In this document: positions 9,135 to 17,222 of the stretch, piece after piece
Layout: each line of letters begins with the position of its first letter
Numbering within the stretch: the first letter of the stretch is position 1
Source: Planctomycetota bacterium
Lineage (GTDB): Bacteria > Planctomycetota > UBA1135 > UBA2386
DNA: 64,000 bases
Direction of reading: 5' to 3'
Assembly: GCA_965228735.1 (NCBI GenBank)
Contig: OZ245838.1
Coordinates: 5,888,001 to 5,952,000, forward strand
Made by a program: the position numbers and the translations under genes
The notes under the pieces: generated by a model
Database searches by the model: none
What the model was told of the DNA's origin: nothing
Seen by the model: only the letters and a program-made list of their open reading frames with translations

Positions 9135-10682
9135 TCAGGGTGTCACGAGCTTGACGTTGCGGTCGAAGAGGCCGGCGAACAGGGCGCCCTTGCGACCGAG
9201 GGTTCGGGTCTCGAGGAAGAGGCGGCTCTCGGGGTCGCTGCCGAGCGTGGGGCGCAGCCGGACGTCGCGGTCCGTGACCTCGACCGCGATGTCGCGCACG
9301 ACGCCCGCGTGCTGGCGATCGAGCGCGTCGGCGATGCGGAGGATCGCGGCGAGTCGCTCGACGACCGAGCGATCGCGGCGGCGCAGCGCAGCGAAGTCCG
9401 GGTGATCGCGATTCGGTTCGGCCTTGCGGTGGTAGCGCGCGACGAGCGCGACGAGGTGCCGCTCTTCCTCGGTCAGCCCGACGAGGTCGCTCGCCTCGAT
9501 CAGGTACTGCGAGTGCTTGTGATGGCCGTCGTTGTTCACGGCGACCCCGACGTCGTGCAGCAGCGCCGCCGCTTCCAGCAGCGCGCGCGCGCGCTCGTCG
9601 AGCCCGTGCAGCCCCTTGGTCTGATCGAAGATCCGGCGCGCGAGGTGCAGGACGATCTCCGCGTGGTCGGCTTCGAAGTGGAACCGCCGGCCCATGGCGC
9701 GGCACGACGACAGCACGACCTCGAGGTGGTCCTCGGCCTGGAACGAAGTCAGGTGGCCTTGCGCGACTTCCTGCAGCAGACCGTCCTTGATGCCCGCGCG
9801 TGGCACGAGAATCGTCTCGGTGCCGGCGAGCTGTCCGAGCCGGACGTAGACGATGCCGGCTGGCACGATCGTATCGGCGCGGTCGGGCCGCAGGTCGAAC
9901 TTCGCCATGCGGTCCGCGACGCTCATCGCCGCGAGTTCCTCGACCATCGCGTTGGCGTCCGTCAGCTCGATGCTCTGCACGCCGGCCGTCGTCTGTTCGC
10001 CGATCCGCGCCGCGACGAGCTCGGCGATGCACTCGATGTTGCCGCCGACCGCGACGTAGCGATCGATCGAGCCCGAGTCGAAGCGGTCCTTGATGCGGCG
10101 TTCGAGGCTGTGAAGGTGCCGGTGCAGCAGGTCGGCGAACGACTCGCCCGACTCCTCCGCTTCGGCGAGCGCGGACAGCATGCGCAGCGCGCCGAGGCGG
10201 TAGGAGTCCGCGGTCGCGACGTTGCCGTTCTCGACGATCATGACCTCGACCGAGCCGCCGCCGACGTCGACGAGCAGGGAGCGCCCTTGCCCGAGGTCCA
10301 CGCACGTTTCGACCCCGAGCTTGAGCAGGTAGGCCTCCTGCGTGCCGGAGATCACCTCGATCTCGATGCCGCACGCCTCGCGGACGCGGTCGGACAGCAT
10401 GTGGCGGTTGTGCGCGTCGCGCATCGCCGACGTCGCGATCGCGCGCGTCGACTCGACGCCGTGGCGTTCGCAGTCGAGGCGAAAGCGCCGGAACGCGTCC
10501 ACCGCCGCGGCGATCTCCGCATCGGGAATACGCCCGGTCTGGAACACCACCTGCCCGAGGCGTACCGGCACGCGGTGGCTCTCGATGATCGAGATGGTGT
10601 GGTCCTCGCCCGCCTCCGCGATCGCGAACCGGATCGCGTTGCTACCCATGTCGACGATGCCGAAGCGCGGCGGCTTGACCAT
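9135..10682 (-). CDS. ppx: Ppx/GppA exopolyphosphatase with C-terminal HD domain
   Basis: VDMGSNAIR, ATSAMRDA, DVGGGSVE, LHDVG...HHKHS. Confidence 0.9.
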   Translation of the reverse strand: MVKPPRFGIVDMGSNAIRFAIAEAGEDHTISIIESHRVPVRLGQVVFQTGRIPDAEIAAAVDAFRRFRLDCERHGVESTRAIATSAMRDAHNRHMLSDRVREACGIEIEVISGTQEAYLLKLGVETCVDLGQGRSLLVDVGGGSVEVMIVENGNVATADSYRLGALRMLSALAEAEESGESFADLLHRHLHSLERRIKDRFDSGSIDRYVAVGGNIECIAELVAARIGEQTTAGVQSIELTDANAMVEELAAMSVADRMAKFDLRPDRADTIVPAGIVYVRLGQLAGTETILVPRAGIKDGLLQEVAQGHLTSFQAEDHLEVVLSSCRAMGRRFHFEADHAEIVLHLARRIFDQTKGLHGLDERARALLEAAALLHDVGVAVNNDGHHKHSQYLIEASDLVGLTEEERHLVALVARYHRKAEPNRDHPDFAALRRRDRSVVERLAAILRIADALDRQHAGVVRDIAVEVTDRDVRLRPTLGSDPESRLFLETRTLGRKGALFAGLFDRNVKLVTP

Positions 10683-10772
10683 AGATCAGTACCGTACCCG
10701 ACTCGCGCTGGTGAGACACGCCGCTCGTTCCGCGGCCACATTCTGGCCTCCGAACGCTATTCTGGTGGACCG

Positions 10773-11432
10773 ATGACCGACTCCGAGAAGCCGCCCGAAG
10801 GCCAGGACCAGGACGACCTGCTGTCGAGCACGTTGCGCTACGTGCGTTCGGTGCAGGGCGGCGACGCCGCCGGCACGGATGACAGCGACGTGTCGTGGGC
10901 GAACCTCAGCGACAAGTGCGGCCGCTGGGTCACCGAGGCCGCGCACGGGCAGAACCTGCCGCCCGACAAGAGCCTCGAGGACCTCACGCAGGAGGTCATG
11001 CTGCAGGTGTTCCGCGACATCGGCGACTTCCAGGTCGAACCGGGGGCGTCGTTCTCCGGTTGGGTGCGCACGATCACGCAGCGCAAGCTCAGCGACTACT
11101 GGCGCCGCGCCCGCGCGCAGAAGCGCGGCGGCGGCAAGACGAAGCACCTCGGCGACCTCGACGAGACCGGCGGTCGCGAAGCGTTCGCCGACGACAAGGT
11201 CGAACGGCAGAGCATGATCCTGCGCTACAAAGAGCTGCGCGAGGGCCTCGAGCGCGCGCTCGCCGAACTCAGCGACCGCCACAAGCGCGTGCTCGAGCTC
11301 CGGCTCTTCCAGGGCAAGAGCTACGCCGAGATCATGCCGCTGCTCGGCTACGACAAGGAGGTCACGGTGCGCTCCCTCCACATGCGCGCGCTGCAGCGCC
11401 TCCAAGAACTCCTCGGCGGCTTCGCCGGCTGA
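10773..11432 (+). CDS. ECF RNA polymerase sigma factor
   Basis: Region 2 EDLTQEV...FSGWVRTI. Region 4 LAELSDRHKRVLELR...SYAEI...TVRSLHMRAL. Confidence 0.85.
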   Translation: MTDSEKPPEGQDQDDLLSSTLRYVRSVQGGDAAGTDDSDVSWANLSDKCGRWVTEAAHGQNLPPDKSLEDLTQEVMLQVFRDIGDFQVEPGASFSGWVRTITQRKLSDYWRRARAQKRGGGKTKHLGDLDETGGREAFADDKVERQSMILRYKELREGLERALAELSDRHKRVLELRLFQGKSYAEIMPLLGYDKEVTVRSLHMRALQRLQELLGGFAG

Positions 11433-11463
11433 ACGGGGTCGCGTACGCAACCCCGCCAGCGCG

Positions 11464-12951
11464 TTACTGGATCGTCATCGCGAGTTGTGACGAGATGTCG
11501 CCGATGCCGAGTGGTCGGTTCTGGTCGAGGACGACGAACGCGCCGAACAGGTCGATGCCGCTGAGCGAGATCGTCGTCGGCAGGAGCAGGCGCGGGAACG
11601 CGTGGCCGCTGCCGTCCAGCACGCCGAACGAGTCCTGGAAGACCGAGTTGCCGAACGTCAGGGAGACCGTGAGCATCACCGACGGGCCGACCGGGATCGT
11701 GCGATTGTCGGGCAGCGTCAGCGCCGGGCCGGCGTCGAAGGAGAGGCCGGCCGCGTAGGGCATACCGGCCGCCGTCGGCGCGCTGAGCTCGACCGGGATC
11801 GTCGTGCCCTGGATCACGGGTGCGGTCTGGATCATGGCCGGCCGGGTCGCGCCGCCGACCGTGTCGTTGCGCAGCACGGTGACGGTGTTGCTGTCGCGGT
11901 TGCTGCAGACGAGATCGATGTCACCGTCGCGATCGATGTCGCCCGCGGCCATGTGGTCGGGGTGGGTGCCGGCCGGTACCGAACCCGAGAACGCGAACGC
12001 GCCGCCGACGTTGCTCATGATCGACAGGGTGTTGCCGTCCTCGTTCGCCGTGACCAGTTCGGGCCGCTGATCGCCGTCGAGGTCGACCGCCGCCACGAAC
12101 CCGGGCTCGTTGCCGTTCACGAAGACCGTCAGCTGGCCAGCGAACGCGCCGTTGCCCGGGTTGTCGTAGATGCCGACCCGGCCCGCGACCTCGCCGAGCG
12201 CGACGACGAGTTCGAGGTCGCCGTCGCCGTCGGTGTCGGCGGCCGTGACCCATTCCGGTCGCACGTTGGCGCCAACGGGCAGGGTCGCGGTCGCGGCGAA
12301 CGTGCCGCCGCCGAGGTTGCGCAGGACCGTGACGTCACGCGAGTCGTGGTTGCCCACCGCGAGATCGGGGCTGCCGTCACGATCGAAGTCGGCCGCGATG
12401 ACGTTGCGCGGCTCGATCCCGACCGGGATGTTCAACGCCGGGCCGAAGATGCCGCCACCGAGGTTGAGCAGCACCGACACCGTGTTCGAGTCGCGGTTCG
12501 CGACCGCGAGGTCGGGCGTCGACGAGCCGTCGAAGTCGGCGATGGTCAGCCCGCGCGGGTTGACGCCGACGGGATAGAACGTCGCGGTGCCGTACGCGCC
12601 GCCGCCGAGGTTGGACAGGACCGCGACCGCCGCGGCCGTGCTGACGGCGAGGTCGAGGTCGCCGTCGCCGTCGAGGTCGGCGAGCCGCACGGAGCGCGTC
12701 TGCGACGAAACGAAGATGGTGCCGCCGAGGGCGAAGTTGCCTGCGCCGTCGTTGAGGAAGAGCTGCACGCCGTTGACCGGGATGTCGGCCGTGATGGCGA
12801 AATCGAGGTCGCCGTCGCCGTCGACGTCGCCGAGCGCGATCTCGTCGGGGCGGTTGCCGACCGCAACGGTGGTCGTCGAGGTCGTGATCTGCGCGGGCAG
12901 TGCGGCGAGCGCAGTCAGGGCGAAGGGGATCGTGATCGAGAGTTTCTGCAT
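11464..12951 (-). CDS. Secreted FG-GAP/VCBS repeat protein with C-terminal beta domain
   Basis: Signal peptide MQKLSITIPFALTALAALPA|Q. About seven D-x-D-G-D-G-D-L-D type repeats. Confidence 0.88.
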   Translation of the reverse strand: MQKLSITIPFALTALAALPAQITTSTTTVAVGNRPDEIALGDVDGDGDLDFAITADIPVNGVQLFLNDGAGNFALGGTIFVSSQTRSVRLADLDGDGDLDLAVSTAAAVAVLSNLGGGAYGTATFYPVGVNPRGLTIADFDGSSTPDLAVANRDSNTVSVLLNLGGGIFGPALNIPVGIEPRNVIAADFDRDGSPDLAVGNHDSRDVTVLRNLGGGTFAATATLPVGANVRPEWVTAADTDGDGDLELVVALGEVAGRVGIYDNPGNGAFAGQLTVFVNGNEPGFVAAVDLDGDQRPELVTANEDGNTLSIMSNVGGAFAFSGSVPAGTHPDHMAAGDIDRDGDIDLVCSNRDSNTVTVLRNDTVGGATRPAMIQTAPVIQGTTIPVELSAPTAAGMPYAAGLSFDAGPALTLPDNRTIPVGPSVMLTVSLTFGNSVFQDSFGVLDGSGHAFPRLLLPTTISLSGIDLFGAFVVLDQNRPLGIGDISSQLAMTIQ

Positions 12952-12990
12952 CGTGTTCTCCGGAAGGGTTGGTGAGTTGGTCCGGACCTG

Positions 12991-13006
12991 CGCACGAACC
13001 GTGCCA
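12991..13006 (-). promoter_or_regulatory. Sigma54 promoter of the FG-GAP gene
   Basis: Minus strand TGGCACGGTTCGTGCG has GG-N10-GC spacing, 40 nt upstream of the ATG. Confidence 0.65.
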
Positions 13007-13280
13007 ACGGCTTCGTGCCCCCTCCGGCGTTCGGAACCCGGACGGTGCCTGTTCGCATCCCGGCCGCTCACGCTCGCCGGGCCGACAGCTGGACGCCGGC
13101 GGTCGGGCAGAACGCCCCCGCTCCGGTGTTCGAGAACCTGACACTTCCGTCGTCGATCCGTACGCTTCCCGGGTGCACGGGCCGCGGCACGCGGCTTGTC
13201 CCGACCTCGAACCCCGTCATGTCGCAGCCTCGCATTCCCTTCTCGATCGGCGGCCTGCACCGATCCGCGGAGGCGCGGTC

Positions 13281-16200
13281 GTGAGCGCGGCACTGAAGGC
13301 GCTGCTTGCCGAGGTCGACCCGCGGCTCACGCTGCTGCGCGAGTATGGCGGCGGGCAGGGGCGAACGCTGTGCGTGGCCGATCCCGACGCGCGCGAGTAC
13401 GTCCTTCGCGTTCTGCTCACCGGCGAGGAGGCGGCGGAGGGCGCGTTGCTCACCGCGCTCCGCCATCCCGCCGTCCCGGCCGTGCAACGCGTCGGCCGGC
13501 TCGCGGACGGGCGCGCGTACTTGCTGCGGGACCACGTCGATGGGACGCCGCTCGCGATCCTGCCGAACGCGCCGGACGAACTGCGGGCAGTGCTGCGGCA
13601 GTTGCTCGAGGTGTTGGCCTACGTCCATCACCGCGGGGTGTGCCACCTCGACCTCAAGCCGGCGAACCTGCTGCTCGATCGGGCCGGCCGGCTGCATCTG
13701 CTCGACTTCGGGCTCTCGGTGCGGCGCGGCGAGCTCGGTCGCGGCGGGACACCGTTCTTCGCGGCGCCGGAGCTGCTGCTCCAGACCGTGCCCGATCACC
13801 GCGCGGACCTGTTCTCGGTCGGCGCGATGGTCGCCCACGCGCTGTGGCCGCACCAGATCGACGCCGCGCGGTTCGTGGATCGTTTTCCCGCGACCGATTT
13901 CCTCACGGCGGCCGGCATCGACGTGCAGCAGCTGCCCGAACCGTTCGGCCGCTTCGTCGCGCAGTGCGTCGCCCGCCGGCCGAGCGGTCGGTTCCCGGAC
14001 GCCGAAGCCGCGCTCGAGTTCTTCGGTGGCGGCAGCGGCCGCCCGTCCGTGCAGCTGTTCTCGCCCGACCCGGTCGACGTGTTCGGCCCCGAACTCGAGA
14101 ACGCGGGCGGTGACGGGCACGACGTCGTGCTCCGCGGCGCGGGCGCAGCGGATCGACGCGCGATCGCGATCCATCTCGCGGCCACGGTGCCGGGTGTGAC
14201 GGCGATCGAAGACGGCGAGGAGTGCTTGCGACTCCGGCGTGATGGTCGCGAGGGCGCGGGCATCGACCTGCCGGCGCTCGCGGCCGAGCGTCTCGTCGGT
14301 CACCTTCGCGATGCGTTCGGCCTCGAGGGAACCGTCGCGCAGCAAACGGCGGACTGGCTCGCCGGTGACGACGGCACGACGATCACGGCCGTGACGGCGA
14401 CCCTGCGCGGTCTCGCCGAAGCGGGCGAGCTGCTGCCGGCCGGCACGCGCTGGTCGTGGCCGGCGGCCCACGGCGGCCGGCTCGGGGCGGCGGGTTCGCC
14501 GCCGGCCGAGGACGAGAGCCTGCCGTTGGCCGATCGCATCCGGGCGGCAGCGGCTGTCGGTCGTGTCGAGCAGGCGCTCGCGTACTGGCGGCGCGCTGCC
14601 CGGGAAGGTGGCGCCGCGGAACTCGAAGCGCGAACGGCGCTGGCCGAAGGACTGCTCGGCGCGGGTGAGCCGATGCGAGCCCTGCCGTTCTGCGTCGACC
14701 TGCCGCTGCTGCGCGTCCACGCGCTCGTCGATACGGGTCAGTTCGCGGCCGCGGCGCGCGAGTTCGTGCAGCTCGAAGTCGTCGACAGTCCGCGCTACCG
14801 CCGGGTCGCCGCGCAGCTCGCGATGGCGGGCGGCGACTGGCAGCGCGGCCGCGACGTGCTCGATCGCGCGAACGCGACGGTCGAGGAGAAGCTCACGCTC
14901 GCGGCGCTGCACGAGAGCGCCGGCGACCTCGAAGCGAGTGACGCGGTCCTGCGCGGCTTCGGCGACCGACTCGACCCGGCGCGGCAGCCGTTTCTGTGCG
15001 CGACGATGCACACGATCCGCGGTCACGTCGCACGACAGCGCGGTCGGCTCGACGAGGTGCGCGACCACTTCACGGCAGCGGGTCGCCTGTTCGAGTCGCT
15101 CGGCAACGTGCGCCACGCGGCGAGTTCGTACCTCAACCTCGGCGTCGTCGCGAAGGACGCGGGCGAGCACCAGGAGGCCGTGGAGCGGTTTCGCGAAGCC
15201 CGCACGCTCTACAGTCACGTCGGCGACGAGGCGCGCGCGGCGATCGCGAGCGCCAACCTCGGCATCGCGGCGCTCGCGCGCCACGATCTGCCGACGGCGA
15301 GGTCGATGCTCGCCGATGCCGGGCCGCTCCTGCTGCGGCTCGGCGATCGCGCGGCCGGCCGGCTCGCGATGGTGATGCTCGCGCGCGCGCACGCGGAGGC
15401 CGGGGCCGTCGAGGAGGCGCACGCGGCGCTGGCTGCCGTCGGCGAACCGGACACGGATCGTCTGCGGGCCGAGGTCGAGAGGTTCCATGCGGCGCTCGCG
15501 GTTTCGCCGACCAAACCGGACACGACGAACGACATGGCGGATCGACACGAAGGCGGCCCGAGCCGCGAGCTGTTTCGTACCTTCCTCGCGGTCAACCGGC
15601 AGCTGGCGCAGGCGACCGAACTCGACCGCGCGATGCGGTATCTGCTCGACGCGGCCGTGACGCTGACCGCGGGCCGCAACGGCTTCCTGCTCGTGATGCG
15701 TGACGACGGTGTGCGGCGCGAGTTCCAGAGCGGTGACGCCGGGCCGCAGGGGCAGGCGTTCAGTCGCTCGCTCGCGCACCGCGCGATCCAGCAGCAGCGC
15801 ACGATGACGGGCGGCGATGTGCTCGCGGATCGCGAACTCGCGCAGATGCCGTCCGTGCAGAACCTGCAGGTGCGGTCGGCGCTGTGCGTGCCGTTCCACA
15901 GCGCCGGCGGCACGACCGGGGCGGTCTACGTCGAGCATCCGGGCCGGGCCGGCGCGTTCACCGATCGCGACAAGGAAGCGCTCGAAGTGCTGGCCGATCA
16001 GGCTGCGATCGCCGTCGATCGCATGCTGCGTGAGGAGGCGCGCGAGCGCGAACTCGAAGAGCGCAAGCAGGAGCTGACGGTCGTGCGACGCGCCGTGCGG
16101 CGGCGCGATCGGCGGATGATCGGTGAGAGCCGTGCGATGCAGGAGCTGCAACAGCAGATCGACAAGCTCGCACCGCGTGACATCGCGGTTCTCGTGCACG

Positions 16201-17042
16201 GCGAGACGGGCACCGGCAAGGAGCTCGTCGCGCGGGCGCTGCACGATCGGTCGGCGCGCCCGCGCGGTCCTTTCGTCGCGGAGAACTGCTCGGCTTTGCC
16301 GGCGGAGCTCATGGAGCGCGAACTTTTCGGGCACGTCGAGGGCGCGTTCACCGGCGCCGATCGCGATCGGCCCGGGCTCTTCGAGCTGGCCAACGGCGGC
16401 ACGTTGTTCCTCGACGAGGTCGGCGACATGCCGGCGGCGCTCCAGGCCAAGCTGCTGCGCGCGTTGCAGGAGAAGTCGATTCGCCGGGTCGGTGGCAGCG
16501 CGACGATCGAACTCGACGTGCGACTCGTCACGGCGACGCACAAGGATCTGCGTGCGATGGTGGAGGACGGCTCGTTCCGCGAGGACCTGTTCTTCCGGAT
16601 CGCTGCGATCGAACTCACCGTGCCGCCGCTGCGGGAGCGTGAGGGTGACGTCGAGCTGCTCGCCGACCACTTCGTGAAGACGCACGCCGAAGAACGCGGT
16701 CGCTCGCTGCGGCTCGCCAAGACGGTGCGGGCCGCGCTCGTCGACTACCCGTGGCCCGGCAACGTGCGCGAGCTCGAGCACGTCCTCGCGCGCGCGGTGC
16801 TGCTCTGCGACGGTGAGGAGATCGTCGATGCGCAGCTGCCCCGGGTCGACGAGCGGGCGCCGTCGGCCCGTGCTCCGGGGGGAACGGCGCCCGACGCCGT
16901 CGTGACGCTCAAGGAGGCCGAACGGCGCGCGATCGTCGCGGCGATGCAGGCCTGCGGCGGCGACAAGGCGAAGACCGCGCGGGCGCTCGAGATCTCCCGC
17001 ACCGCGCTCTACGACAAGCTCAAGCGGCACGGTCTGGGGTAA
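13281..17042 (+). CDS. Ser/Thr kinase-TPR-GAF-sigma54 AAA+ activator-Fis HTH fusion
   Basis: GTG after GGAGG. Kinase motifs HLDLKPAN, DFG and GTPFFAAPE. TPR-like YLNLG/SANLG repeats. GAF RSALCVP..AVYVE. AAA+ motifs GETGTGKE, GAFTGA, LFLDEVG and WPGNVREL. HTH ARALEISRTALYDKL. Confidence 0.92.
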   Translation: MSAALKALLAEVDPRLTLLREYGGGQGRTLCVADPDAREYVLRVLLTGEEAAEGALLTALRHPAVPAVQRVGRLADGRAYLLRDHVDGTPLAILPNAPDELRAVLRQLLEVLAYVHHRGVCHLDLKPANLLLDRAGRLHLLDFGLSVRRGELGRGGTPFFAAPELLLQTVPDHRADLFSVGAMVAHALWPHQIDAARFVDRFPATDFLTAAGIDVQQLPEPFGRFVAQCVARRPSGRFPDAEAALEFFGGGSGRPSVQLFSPDPVDVFGPELENAGGDGHDVVLRGAGAADRRAIAIHLAATVPGVTAIEDGEECLRLRRDGREGAGIDLPALAAERLVGHLRDAFGLEGTVAQQTADWLAGDDGTTITAVTATLRGLAEAGELLPAGTRWSWPAAHGGRLGAAGSPPAEDESLPLADRIRAAAAVGRVEQALAYWRRAAREGGAAELEARTALAEGLLGAGEPMRALPFCVDLPLLRVHALVDTGQFAAAAREFVQLEVVDSPRYRRVAAQLAMAGGDWQRGRDVLDRANATVEEKLTLAALHESAGDLEASDAVLRGFGDRLDPARQPFLCATMHTIRGHVARQRGRLDEVRDHFTAAGRLFESLGNVRHAASSYLNLGVVAKDAGEHQEAVERFREARTLYSHVGDEARAAIASANLGIAALARHDLPTARSMLADAGPLLLRLGDRAAGRLAMVMLARAHAEAGAVEEAHAALAAVGEPDTDRLRAEVERFHAALAVSPTKPDTTNDMADRHEGGPSRELFRTFLAVNRQLAQATELDRAMRYLLDAAVTLTAGRNGFLLVMRDDGVRREFQSGDAGPQGQAFSRSLAHRAIQQQRTMTGGDVLADRELAQMPSVQNLQVRSALCVPFHSAGGTTGAVYVEHPGRAGAFTDRDKEALEVLADQAAIAVDRMLREEARERELEERKQELTVVRRAVRRRDRRMIGESRAMQELQQQIDKLAPRDIAVLVHGETGTGKELVARALHDRSARPRGPFVAENCSALPAELMERELFGHVEGAFTGADRDRPGLFELANGGTLFLDEVGDMPAALQAKLLRALQEKSIRRVGGSATIELDVRLVTATHKDLRAMVEDGSFREDLFFRIAAIELTVPPLREREGDVELLADHFVKTHAEERGRSLRLAKTVRAALVDYPWPGNVRELEHVLARAVLLCDGEEIVDAQLPRVDERAPSARAPGGTAPDAVVTLKEAERRAIVAAMQACGGDKAKTARALEISRTALYDKLKRHGLG

Positions 17043-17137
17043 CGCCCGAGGCTGCGAGTGCTGGTTGGTGTCGGGATTCCGGGCGCCCGCCGGACGGGGT
17101 TGTGCGTATTGCGGGCACGGCGGCCGTGTCCGATGCC

Positions 17138-17153
17138 CGGCACGTGAGTTGCT
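17138..17153 (+). promoter_or_regulatory. Sigma54 promoter of the downstream secreted-protein gene
   Basis: CGGCACGTGAGTTGCT matches YGGCAC-N5-TTGCW, 70 nt upstream of the ATG at 17223. Confidence 0.75.
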
Positions 17154-17222
17154 GAATCCCGGTCCTTCGGACCGCGCGCGCCGCGCCGGCGGCGACGCGC
17201 TAACCTACCCCTGCCCGATTCC

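Noticed and set aside
7555..10374. 939-aa ORF as one protein or a ppx frameshift fusion
   Set aside because: The first ~420 aa are an Arg-rich off-frame reading of ppx, which has its own stop at 9135. The CYTH motif starts at 9111.
13068..17030. 1320-aa antisense ORF (and similar long shadow ORFs, e.g. 22737-25097, 25332-27428, 42275-44371)
   Set aside because: They mirror well-supported genes, lack motifs and are expected in high-GC DNA with few stop codons.
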